Below are positions 39,182-48,022 of a DNA stretch of 64,000 nucleotides, one piece after another (position 1 is the first letter of the stretch; each line of letters starts with the position of its first letter). The translations under genes were made by a program, and so were the position numbers. The stretch comes from Alphaproteobacteria bacterium (GTDB lineage: Bacteria > Pseudomonadota > Alphaproteobacteria > UBA2966): NCBI GenBank assembly GCA_018654745.1, contig JABILA010000006.1:18598-82597 (forward strand), read 5' to 3'. Under the pieces are notes generated by a model. The model was not told where the DNA came from. It was given only the letters and a program-made list of their open reading frames with translations, and did not search any database.

Positions 39182-39885
39182 GCAATTTCGAGAGCATTCA
39201 ACTGTCTGACGCAGGCCTGAATTTACAGGCGGCATTCAATATCGCCGATCTGCCAGATCATGTTACAAAAACCCTTGGCACCCATTGTGAAGATTTCGGG
39301 GCGTTCCATCAGCTTTTGCTTGTGGCTCACGGTGGGCGCGCCATGTGGGAGGCTGTCAGCAACACAGGCTTTACCACGGATAATCCCATAGACGAGCATG
39401 CCGTAAACGCTGTTGGGCAATATTTCGAAACAGAGCATCCCGACAGTAATTATGAAATTGTCTATCCCGGCAATTTCCCTATCGGCCTGCGAGATCTGGG
39501 TGATCTGGCTGGCTGGCATCACGACAGCCCTTTCCGCGTCGGCATTCACGCCGATTGGGGTACCTGGTTTGCCTATCGCGCGGTCATTCTGACTGACACC
39601 AATTTCACACCGACCGTCGCGACCCCAACGATCTCGCCTTGCGACGAATGTATCGACAAACCTTGTATTTCTATCTGTCCGGCTAAAGCGGTGGCAGAAG
39701 AAGCTCTTGATCTGGAGAGATGTCTGGATCATCGCCTGCTGGAGAAATCCAGTTGTGTTGATACGTGCCTGTCACGCCTCGCTTGTCCGGTTGGGGCTGA
39801 ACACCGCTATACGAAGGACCAGGTCAACTATCACTATGGTCGGTCCATGAAAGTTATTCGTGAGTTGCGACGACCCCGGTCCTGA
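39178..39885 (+). CDS. uncharacterised Cys-rich (putative Fe-S/metal-binding) protein co-transcribed with cobU-cobT-cobS
   Basis: 235 aa. ATGA overlap with the cobS stop. C-terminal cysteine clusters CDECIDKPCISICP and CLDHRLLEKSSCVDTCLSRLACP. No family recognised. Confidence 0.4.
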   Translation: MSNFESIQLSDAGLNLQAAFNIADLPDHVTKTLGTHCEDFGAFHQLLLVAHGGRAMWEAVSNTGFTTDNPIDEHAVNAVGQYFETEHPDSNYEIVYPGNFPIGLRDLGDLAGWHHDSPFRVGIHADWGTWFAYRAVILTDTNFTPTVATPTISPCDECIDKPCISICPAKAVAEEALDLERCLDHRLLEKSSCVDTCLSRLACPVGAEHRYTKDQVNYHYGRSMKVIRELRRPRS

Positions 39886-39911
39886 CGGAACCGCCGCGGG
39901 ATATCTAGTAT

Positions 39912-40535
39912 CTAAAAATCGAGACCGCGTGCAGCTTTGATGCCTGCATCAAACGGGTGTTTGACCTTTTTCATTTCAGTGACCAGGTCAGCGGCATCCA
40001 TCAATATCTCCGGTGCATCCCGTCCGGTGACAATGACATGTGTTCGCTTGCTGCGACTTTGCAATCCGGTAACGACCTCGGCAGCATCAAGGTATTCATG
40101 ACGCAACACGATATTCAACTCGTCCAGCATTACCAGATCGTAGTCCCCGCTTTGCATCATTTCCAATGAGACCTGCCAGGCCTTTTGTGCCGCCGCGATG
40201 TCACGCTCCCGGTCCTGGGTTTCCCAGGTAAAGCCCTCTCCCATAACTTCATATCGGACAAGGTCGCCCAGTTTTGCGAAAAATTGCTTTTCGCCGGTTT
40301 TCCAGTTTCCTTTGACATATTGAACAATACCAACCGTATGCCCCCAACCGATTGCCCGGATAACGGTACCAAAGGCGGCTGTTGATTTACCTTTGCCCTC
40401 ACCGGTATTCACCACCAGCAAACCATGATCCGTTTTGGATTTGGTTTTCATGGTGGCGCGGTGTTCTGCCTGGCGTTCTTTCATCGACTCTGTGTGAGTT
40501 TGGTTCACAGCGGTTTCGTTTTTACTTTCGGTCAT
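39912..40535 (-). CDS. cobO: cob(I)yrinic acid a,c-diamide adenosyltransferase (CobO/BtuR type)
   Basis: LVVNTGEGKGKSTAAFG P-loop. 207 aa. Last gene of the minus-strand cob/btu operon. Confidence 0.85.
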   Translation of the reverse strand: MTESKNETAVNQTHTESMKERQAEHRATMKTKSKTDHGLLVVNTGEGKGKSTAAFGTVIRAIGWGHTVGIVQYVKGNWKTGEKQFFAKLGDLVRYEVMGEGFTWETQDRERDIAAAQKAWQVSLEMMQSGDYDLVMLDELNIVLRHEYLDAAEVVTGLQSRSKRTHVIVTGRDAPEILMDAADLVTEMKKVKHPFDAGIKAARGLDF

Positions 40536-40553
40536 CTTTCGATCCTTTAGAAT

Positions 40554-41576
40554 TCAAGAACAAGTATCAAGGGCGGATTCAAGGCGCAAGAACTGATCGT
40601 TCGTCGCAGGCAATCCAAATCGCAAATATTGATCATCTTCAACAAATGACCGGACGTATATACCGTTGCGAGCCAGCGTCTCGGCAATTTCGGCTGCTTC
40701 CTCAGATCGGGTCAGACAAAATAGATCGGTCGATCCAGATATCTGTAACCCGGCCTGAGATAATATATCTCGCAAACGGTCGCCATCCTGTTTCAGTCGT
40801 TGGCGCGTCTGAACAATCCAGCTTTCATCTCGCAGCGCATGACCGGCAATCAGCAGGGCCGGGCCGTTTACCTGCCATGGCCCCAGCATATCACGCATTT
40901 CTTCCCGTAGAGCCCCGGCGGCCCGGAACATACCGATTCGCAAACCGGCAAGTCCGAAGAACTTTCCAAGAGAGCGCAGCAGGACAATATTTGAAGGCAA
41001 TGTTCGACCCGCAAGCGATTGTTCTGGCAAAACATCACAGAAGGCTTCATCAACGATCAGGAAACTGTCCTGATCACGTAAACGCGCTGCCAGTGCAATA
41101 AGGTCGTCCGGATCAAACAGGTGCCCGTCCGGGTTGTTGGGATTGGTTACGATCAAGACCTGTCGCGCTGGAAACGGCCGCTGGAAAAGCTCAGTTGCAT
41201 CTATGCGGGATACAGGTCTGCCGGCCTTTTGCCAGACCCTGACATGCTCACCATAGGTTGGGTCCGGCAAACAGACACCGTAATCGGGAAACAGGTTTGG
41301 CAACAGATTGATCACGGCCTGTGACCCTGCAGCCAGCGTCCATTCATCCGGGGTCCCGGTTTTCAGATAGCCGGTCCAGGCGTCGTGGCAAAAATTAAAT
41401 CCATTCTGATTCGGTAAATATGTCGTCGCTGCCATGATGTCATTCGGCGACACATTGTCTTGCCACGGCCAAGGCCGTGGGTTCAATCCGGTTGACAAAT
41501 CCAGCCAGGGTTTGGGCGCTTCAGGATATCGCACCTGTATTCGAGACAATTCACCGCCATGCCTGATTGCCGTCAT
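40554..41576 (-). CDS. cobC: L-threonine-O-3-phosphate decarboxylase (aminotransferase class I/II fold; CobC in P. denitrificans naming, CobD in Salmonella naming)
   Basis: Start set at Met 41576, which forms an ATGA overlap with the upstream gene stop (the ORF track extends to 41618). PLP-enzyme fold with LRSLGKFFGLAGLRIG (Lys). Confidence 0.8.
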   Translation of the reverse strand: MTAIRHGGELSRIQVRYPEAPKPWLDLSTGLNPRPWPWQDNVSPNDIMAATTYLPNQNGFNFCHDAWTGYLKTGTPDEWTLAAGSQAVINLLPNLFPDYGVCLPDPTYGEHVRVWQKAGRPVSRIDATELFQRPFPARQVLIVTNPNNPDGHLFDPDDLIALAARLRDQDSFLIVDEAFCDVLPEQSLAGRTLPSNIVLLRSLGKFFGLAGLRIGMFRAAGALREEMRDMLGPWQVNGPALLIAGHALRDESWIVQTRQRLKQDGDRLRDILSQAGLQISGSTDLFCLTRSEEAAEIAETLARNGIYVRSFVEDDQYLRFGLPATNDQFLRLESALDTCS

Positions 41577-42526
41577 GCGAAGCTCCAACCTGTCAGAGCC
41601 AAAACCATAATCAGCCATGCGGAAACGGTAATGCGGATGGCCCGCGATAAGGATTGATTATTTGTATCACCACCCGTCCCGAACCACGCCCCATCGACAA
41701 CCAGATTATCGGGGTAAGTGCGTGGCCCCCCAAGGCGCACATCAAGGGCTCCTGCCATGGCGGCTTCGGGCCAGCCCGCGTTGGGTGAAGCGTGTAACCT
41801 GGCTTGTTGCCAGGCCGTTGAAAGCGCCTGTCTGCCGCGCCCCGGAACAATCGCAGCACCCGCAAACAAAATTGCTGTCAGTCGTGCAGGCACCAGGTTC
41901 ATCACATCATCCAGACGTGCCGCAGCCCAGCCAAAGTACAAATAGCGATCGTTGCGATGACCGATCATGCTGTCGGCTGTATTGACCATTTTATAAACCA
42001 GAAGTCCGGGTAATCCGGCCACCAGAAACCAGAAAGCCGGTGCGGTCACGCCATCTGAAAAGTTCTCGGCCAGGCTTTCAATCGCGGCCCGGCTAATCGC
42101 GGCTTCATCCAGTTGATCCGTCTCACGCCCTATGATTTTGCCAACAGCGGTGCGCGCCGGGTCAAGGTCGGAAGTTTTTTCCAGGGCCACCCGCACCTCT
42201 TCGACATGGTCATAGAGACTGCGGGCAGCCATCAGTATGGCGACGATCACAACGAGGATCAGTGCGCCCGCTTCCAATTGCGACAAGGCAAGTTCAATTC
42301 CAAGGCCGATCAGGGTCATGACTAAAATGGCAGCAACAATAACGACGATACCACCCATTCGCCTGGCGTCAGGCTGCCAGTCGGTCCGGTTCAACCAGCG
42401 TTCCCCCGTCATCAGGAAACCAGACATCAGAACAACCGGGTGCGGCAGCTTCTGATAGATCCACTTTGGCTCCCCCGCCAGGGCATCCAGGCCAAGGGCC
42501 AGAGCCAAAATGAGACTTACGCTCAT
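41573..42526 (-). CDS. cobD: adenosylcobinamide-phosphate synthase (CobD/CbiB)
   Basis: Membrane protein of 317 aa. CbiB-type N-terminus (LILALALGLDALAGEP). Confidence 0.85.
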   Translation of the reverse strand: MSVSLILALALGLDALAGEPKWIYQKLPHPVVLMSGFLMTGERWLNRTDWQPDARRMGGIVVIVAAILVMTLIGLGIELALSQLEAGALILVVIVAILMAARSLYDHVEEVRVALEKTSDLDPARTAVGKIIGRETDQLDEAAISRAAIESLAENFSDGVTAPAFWFLVAGLPGLLVYKMVNTADSMIGHRNDRYLYFGWAAARLDDVMNLVPARLTAILFAGAAIVPGRGRQALSTAWQQARLHASPNAGWPEAAMAGALDVRLGGPRTYPDNLVVDGAWFGTGGDTNNQSLSRAIRITVSAWLIMVLALTGWSFA

Positions 42527-43989
42527 GACGACATGGCCTTGTACAACGCGTCGATATCAAGGTGCTGTTCCATGGCCTCAGCCAGCACATCCAGAGCCTC
42601 GTCTACGCGGTGCCCATATCTGGTTTGATGTTGTACGCCGCCGCGAAACGGGGCCAGATATCGCGCCCGAAACAGATCATCGCTGAACAATCCGTGCATA
42701 TATCCGCCTGCAACAGTGCCATCCGCCGAGCAAGCGCCGGGGCTGCGGCCATCGACTTGCAGGAAGGGCCGTTGATCGACATCGGGTCCAACCGTCAGCC
42801 CCACATGGATTTCGTATCCTGTGGCAGAACAATCAAAGGTCGGACAATGGGCGGTTGTCTGTTGAACTGTTTTCCCGGGCTTCATGGTTGTTGAGACATC
42901 GAGCAAACCAAGCCCATTGATTGACATCGGCGCGCCATCCACTCCATCCGGGTCGTCTATACGATGGCCCAGCATTTGATAGCCGCCACAAATGCCCAAT
43001 ACGTGACCGCCGCGTCGATTGTGGGCAAGCAAGTCAATGTCCCAGCCTTGTTCGCGCATGAAACCCATATCAGCAGTCGTCGATTTTGTGCCTGGGATCA
43101 TGACAATTCGCGCCTCGGCGGGTAGTGGCTGGCCGGGCGGAATAAAGCGGACGGTCACATCGGGTTCCGCTTGCAACGGGTCGACATCATCGAAGTTCGC
43201 GATCCGTGACAGCATGGGAACAGCAACAAGAATATCGTTTTGCCCGGTGGCCTGACTTTGTTCCAGAACAACCGCGTCTTCTGCTGGCAGTTCGCGGACG
43301 GCAGGGACATGAGGCAACACACCAAACGATGGCCACGCCGTTCGGTCTTCAATCGCCTTCAAACCTTCATCAAACAGGCTGAGGTCACCGCGAAATTTGT
43401 TGATCAAAAAACCGCAAATCAGTTTTTGTTCTTCCGGTGCCAGCAAGGATCCTGTGCCCACGAGCGAGGCAATCACACCGCCACGATCAATATCCCCGAT
43501 CAAAACAACTGGCGTATTGGTCGCGGTCGCAAACCCCATATTGGCAATATCCCCTGCCCTGAGGTTAATTTCCGCAGGACTTCCCGCCCCTTCGACCAGG
43601 ACAATATCTGCCCGGTTTTTTAGAATTTCAAAACTCTCGATGACAGTTTCTAGCAAAGCCTGACGATGGGAGCGATAATATTCCGCGCCGACAGTGTCGG
43701 TCACTTTGCCGCGCACAACGACTTGAGATCCGACATCTGATTGCGGCTTTAATAATACCGGGTTCATATGAACATCTGGCTCGACCTTGCAGGCAACGGC
43801 TTGCAAAGCCTGGGCGCGACCAATTTCGCCGCCGTCTGGCGTTACGGCAGCATTATTGGACATGTTCTGGGGCTTGAAAGGCAATACCTTATGGCTCCTG
43901 TTCAGAAATACCCTGCACAGCCCGGCCACAATCACGGATTTGCCGACATCCGACCCTGTACCCTGAAACATCAAGGTTCTGGCGGTCAT
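42523..43989 (-). CDS. cobQ: cobyric acid synthase
   Basis: 488 aa. N-terminal ATPase (FQGTGSDVGKS) plus a C-terminal glutamine amidotransferase (ICGGYQMLG). Confidence 0.9.
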   Translation of the reverse strand: MTARTLMFQGTGSDVGKSVIVAGLCRVFLNRSHKVLPFKPQNMSNNAAVTPDGGEIGRAQALQAVACKVEPDVHMNPVLLKPQSDVGSQVVVRGKVTDTVGAEYYRSHRQALLETVIESFEILKNRADIVLVEGAGSPAEINLRAGDIANMGFATATNTPVVLIGDIDRGGVIASLVGTGSLLAPEEQKLICGFLINKFRGDLSLFDEGLKAIEDRTAWPSFGVLPHVPAVRELPAEDAVVLEQSQATGQNDILVAVPMLSRIANFDDVDPLQAEPDVTVRFIPPGQPLPAEARIVMIPGTKSTTADMGFMREQGWDIDLLAHNRRGGHVLGICGGYQMLGHRIDDPDGVDGAPMSINGLGLLDVSTTMKPGKTVQQTTAHCPTFDCSATGYEIHVGLTVGPDVDQRPFLQVDGRSPGACSADGTVAGGYMHGLFSDDLFRARYLAPFRGGVQHQTRYGHRVDEALDVLAEAMEQHLDIDALYKAMSS

Positions 43990-44786
43990 GACGAGCCTGG
44001 CAGAACCGTCCTGTCTGATCGATCAATCAGGGTCAGGAAAGATGTTCCGTTATGTTCGGTCCTTGCCATGCGGACACCATAAGCCTGGTCCAGCCGCTGA
44101 TCGGTAAAGACTTCGTCCGGTGTGCCTTTGGCCAAAACATCGCCGTCATGCAAAAGGAATATCCTGTCGCAGTAACGTTGCGCCAGAGACAGATCGTGAA
44201 GCACAATTACGATGCCATGATCCTGTTGCGCCATCTCGGCAAGAATATCGAGAACCTGCAGCTGGTGGTATGGATCAAGTGCAGCAACCGGTTCATCCGC
44301 CAGTAAATAAGGTGCGCCAACCGCGATGGCCCGCGCCAGCAAGGCACGCGCTTTCTCACCACCCGACAATGTCGTCGCGATGCGGTGGCGAAGCCCGATC
44401 ATGTCGGTTACCTCAAGGGCGTGTTCAACCACATCCATATCAGCCTGTGTCGGTTTGCTCCAGGGGGCAAGGTGTGGTGTACGTCCGATCCCCACCAGTC
44501 TTTCCACCGGTAACATCCAGTGCATCTCGGCCCCTTGCGGCGCATAAGCGACTTTGCTGGCGATCTGGCGCGGCGTCATCTCTGACGTTGGCTGTCCATC
44601 GATGACAACATTTCCTGTCGGGCTTTTAATAATGCCGAGGACCGAACGCAACAAACTGCTTTTGCCCGACCCGTTCGCACCGACCAGGCCGACAAAGCTG
44701 CCGCGCTCGACCGAGAAGGATACATTTTCGAGCACCTTGTTATCGCCAAAGGTGACGCTGATATCGTTCGCTTCAAGCTTGCTCAC
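43986..44786 (-). CDS. btuD: ABC transporter ATP-binding protein, iron-siderophore/cobalamin (FecE/BtuD) type
   Basis: GTG start at 44786 with GGGAGA RBS and a GTGA overlap with the permease stop. The ORF-track N-terminal extension to 45050 overlaps the permease gene and is rejected. Walker A GANGSGKSS, signature LSGGE. Confidence 0.8.
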   Translation of the reverse strand: MSKLEANDISVTFGDNKVLENVSFSVERGSFVGLVGANGSGKSSLLRSVLGIIKSPTGNVVIDGQPTSEMTPRQIASKVAYAPQGAEMHWMLPVERLVGIGRTPHLAPWSKPTQADMDVVEHALEVTDMIGLRHRIATTLSGGEKARALLARAIAVGAPYLLADEPVAALDPYHQLQVLDILAEMAQQDHGIVIVLHDLSLAQRYCDRIFLLHDGDVLAKGTPDEVFTDQRLDQAYGVRMARTEHNGTSFLTLIDRSDRTVLPGSS

Positions 44787-45799
44787 CGGATTGTCTCCCG
44801 TGCGCGATATATGATGTAGAGAAATACTGGCGCGCCAATGAAAGCCGTCAAAACGCCCAACCGCAACTGGGTGTGTCCCAAGGGCAAGCGTGTGGCGATG
44901 TCTGCAAGGGTCAATAATATCGCACCACCGATGGCACTTGGCAGCAAAATGTTGCGGGGTTCCGATCCGAAAATCGCCCGCATGATATGGGGGACCACAA
45001 GTCCGATAAAGGCGATTGAGCCGCAGACAGCGACAGACGCGCCAACACACAAGGCTGTACCCAGAACAATCGTCCAGCGCATGCGGTTAATCTTGACGCC
45101 CAGCGAATGCGCCGCATCTTCCCCCAGGGCCAGGGCATTTAATCCTTGACCAACAGTTGCCAGTAACGCCCAGCCAACCAGCACAAATGGCAACATCATC
45201 ATCAAATCTTCGGTGGTCCGGTTCTCAAGTGAGCCCAACAGCCAGAACACCATGTCCCGCAGGGACATAGGGGTCGGCGCAAAATTCATCACCAGCGAGA
45301 TACAGCCCGTTGCAAGCGAACTTATGCCAATGCCCGAGAGGATCAGGGTCAGAACCCGGCCGTCCCTAGATGCCAGTGCAAACAGCATGACAATTGCAAT
45401 AAAGGAAGTTCCCATGGCCATAACCGGTATGGCGTAAATCCACATGGCGGAAAGACCAAGGTAAATAGCTGTTACAGCCCCGAGCCCGGCACTGGCCGAA
45501 ACGCCAATGATGCCAGGGTCCGCCAGAGGATTGCGCAACAAGCCTTGTAGTGCGGCACCGGACAATCCCAGGGATGCTCCGGCACACAGGCCAATCAGGA
45601 CGCGGGGTAGTCTGAGTTCCTGAACAATCGTCGTCAGGGCAATATCGGCACTGCCAAATAATCCGGCGATAACCTCACCGCTTTGCAACGGGGCCTGGCC
45701 AAAAAACAGTGAACCAAACGCACAGGCCAGAAGCAACATGAAAGCTGCAGGCAATCGAAAATGTAGCCACACCGGGTTTGTCGCCTGGGCCTGGATCAC
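44783..45799 (-). CDS. btuC: FecCD-family ABC permease (BtuC-like)
   Basis: 338-aa multi-TM protein with the FecCD family pattern. Confidence 0.85.
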   Translation of the reverse strand: MIQAQATNPVWLHFRLPAAFMLLLACAFGSLFFGQAPLQSGEVIAGLFGSADIALTTIVQELRLPRVLIGLCAGASLGLSGAALQGLLRNPLADPGIIGVSASAGLGAVTAIYLGLSAMWIYAIPVMAMGTSFIAIVMLFALASRDGRVLTLILSGIGISSLATGCISLVMNFAPTPMSLRDMVFWLLGSLENRTTEDLMMMLPFVLVGWALLATVGQGLNALALGEDAAHSLGVKINRMRWTIVLGTALCVGASVAVCGSIAFIGLVVPHIMRAIFGSEPRNILLPSAIGGAILLTLADIATRLPLGHTQLRLGVLTAFIGAPVFLYIIYRARETIR

Positions 45800-46677
45800 G
45801 AGGACTTCCCCCTGGATTGTTGCGCGGCTTTGATCGCGTTGAGCTTGTCGACAACAAATTCTGCCGCGTCAACAAACGTAAAGGCCCGGCACGCCAACAA
45901 TCGACCCGGCACGAATATAGTCGGAATGTCCTTGAACATGCGTTTGACCACGGGATGGCGAAGCAGGCCCCAGTCAGAATGATGCACCGCTTTGCTGTCA
46001 AAAAAAGCGCCGATGATTACATCAGGCGGATCGACGATTAATGCTTCCAGTGGCAGGGTCCGCCAACCTTTCAGTCCCATGTCCGCAACCGCATTTCGCA
46101 TACCGGCCAGTCTGATAACTTCATCACCAAATGTCCCGGCGGCAGCCGTTGTGCCTCCCGCGGATAAATATATGGCGCGAAGTTTGCCCGTGCTGGACTG
46201 CTGTAGTTTTTGCAATCTGGCTTTGTAGACCTTGATGAATTCCTCACCAGCCTTTTCCCGCCCAAAGACCTTGGAAAACATCGCTACATTCTGGAAAACA
46301 TCATCGGTCTTCAGACCGGTTCTGGCTGAAACAACCTTTATGCCTGCCTGCTTCAGGTACGATCGCATACTGGCATTACCGCCCCAGTAGCGGATGACGA
46401 CATCAGGCTGCACATAAAGAAATTCTTCAATGCTGCCGGTTGTTCTTGGCAGCCCTTTGGCCCTGGATTTGTAGAAGGAATAATCCTGAATGGCCCGGTG
46501 CGACAGTGACGCAATTTGACTTCTGTCCGCCAGAGCCAATGCATATTGGTCCGAACAGTGATCCAGCGAGGAAATCCGTGGTAGCGCGTCCTGTGCCCGT
46601 GCAGGTTCCGCAACTAGTACAAAGGCGGTTGCCATCAATGCCGCCATCTGAATTCCCAAAGAGAAATCTATTTTCAC
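45796..46677 (-). CDS. btuF: periplasmic substrate-binding protein of the cobalamin/iron-siderophore ABC type (BtuF-like)
   Basis: Signal peptide plus a class III SBP body. Lies between cobB and btuC in a riboswitch-controlled operon. Confidence 0.75.
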   Translation of the reverse strand: MKIDFSLGIQMAALMATAFVLVAEPARAQDALPRISSLDHCSDQYALALADRSQIASLSHRAIQDYSFYKSRAKGLPRTTGSIEEFLYVQPDVVIRYWGGNASMRSYLKQAGIKVVSARTGLKTDDVFQNVAMFSKVFGREKAGEEFIKVYKARLQKLQQSSTGKLRAIYLSAGGTTAAAGTFGDEVIRLAGMRNAVADMGLKGWRTLPLEALIVDPPDVIIGAFFDSKAVHHSDWGLLRHPVVKRMFKDIPTIFVPGRLLACRAFTFVDAAEFVVDKLNAIKAAQQSRGKSS

Positions 46678-48020
46678 CCAAGTACTCCGTTGTTCTTGCC
46701 GCTTTTGAATATATCAGCAATCGCTGCAGGACAGGAGGGGAAATAGAAATGCACGTAACTGGCAACAAGGTTACCTACTGAATAGATCGCTTCACCTGGT
46801 TTGTTCAGTCGAACGGAAGTGGCACGTGCAACTGATTCAAGCGGTGTTTCCAGGGAGGAATAATGAAAGGTATGTCCGCGCAAAACACCGCTGGACATCG
46901 CCAGAGACTGTGCGCCAATTGCCGACAGTTTCGAATTGAGCTTGCCATGCCCAGGCAAAAGGCCTGCCATCTCCGCTTTTTTTCCGTCGACGCCTTCCAG
47001 AATATCCAGCAAATACAACAGGCCACCACATTCAGCCAAAATCGGGGTACCGGCTTCGTGTGCTGCCTTCATCGCAATTTTCATGGCAAGGTTTTGAGCC
47101 AGCTGATCCAGATGTAATTCCGGGTATCCACCAGGCAACCAGATCGCATCGCATTCCGGCAGCGTAATATCATTCAATGGTGAAAAGAATTTAACCTCCG
47201 CGCCCATGGCTTTGAGGCAACGAATGTTCGCAGCATAGGCAAATGAAAAGGCAGCATCATTTGCACAGGCAATGGTCATGCCCTCCAGATGTTGATCTAC
47301 AACATTCGGCTCACCGGAAACAAATTCGATTTCCTGCGGCAATTCGGCAAGCCGGGTCCCTTCGATCTGTTCAGCCAGGCGATCCAGCCGAACGTCCAGG
47401 TCTGAAATCTCGGCAGCCTGGAACAGACCAAGATGGCGGTCAGGCAGAACGGCTTCATTATCTCGCAGCATATGACCAAGATAGGGCACACCATCCGTTA
47501 GTGTTTCCGAAAGCATATCTGCATGCCCTGGACTGCCAACCTTGTTCGCCATAACACCGGCAAATGCCAATTCAGGATCATAGGTCGTAAATCCATGCAC
47601 AATCGCGCCAAAGCTTTGTGCCATGCCGCTGGCATCAACGGTCAACAAAACAGGCAGACCAAATTTCTTTGCAAGATCAGCACTGCTGGGGCTGCCGTCA
47701 TAAAGACCCATCACGCCTTCCACCAGGATCAGATCTGACTGGCTTGCAGCATCAGCCAATAGGGTCTGACAGGTCTCTTCGCCAACCATCCACAGATCAA
47801 GTTGCTCAACTCCGGCGCCACTTGCTTTTTCGAGGATCGTGGGATCGATAAAATCCGGCCCTGTCTTGAAGACCCGGACCCGCCGCCCCTGGTTGCGGTG
47901 GTATCGGGCCAGGGCAGCGGTGACCGTCGTTTTCCCCTGATTGGATGCAGGTGCCGCAACCATCATCGCCGGGCAACTTGCCCGGCGATCCGTTGAAGCT
48001 TCTTGAGCAGTCACTGACAT
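46674..48020 (-). CDS. cobB: cobyrinic/hydrogenobyrinic acid a,c-diamide synthase (CobB/CbiA)
   Basis: 448 aa. N-terminal ATPase (APASNQGKTTVTAAL) plus a C-terminal GATase domain. Confidence 0.85.
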   Translation of the reverse strand: MSVTAQEASTDRRASCPAMMVAAPASNQGKTTVTAALARYHRNQGRRVRVFKTGPDFIDPTILEKASGAGVEQLDLWMVGEETCQTLLADAASQSDLILVEGVMGLYDGSPSSADLAKKFGLPVLLTVDASGMAQSFGAIVHGFTTYDPELAFAGVMANKVGSPGHADMLSETLTDGVPYLGHMLRDNEAVLPDRHLGLFQAAEISDLDVRLDRLAEQIEGTRLAELPQEIEFVSGEPNVVDQHLEGMTIACANDAAFSFAYAANIRCLKAMGAEVKFFSPLNDITLPECDAIWLPGGYPELHLDQLAQNLAMKIAMKAAHEAGTPILAECGGLLYLLDILEGVDGKKAEMAGLLPGHGKLNSKLSAIGAQSLAMSSGVLRGHTFHYSSLETPLESVARATSVRLNKPGEAIYSVGNLVASYVHFYFPSCPAAIADIFKSGKNNGVLG

Positions 48021-48022
48021 CG

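Noticed and set aside
44787-45050. N-terminal extension of the ABC ATPase ORF
   Set aside because: It overlaps the permease gene on the same strand. A GTG with GGGAGA RBS gives the canonical Walker-A-proximal N-terminus and a GTGA coupling overlap.
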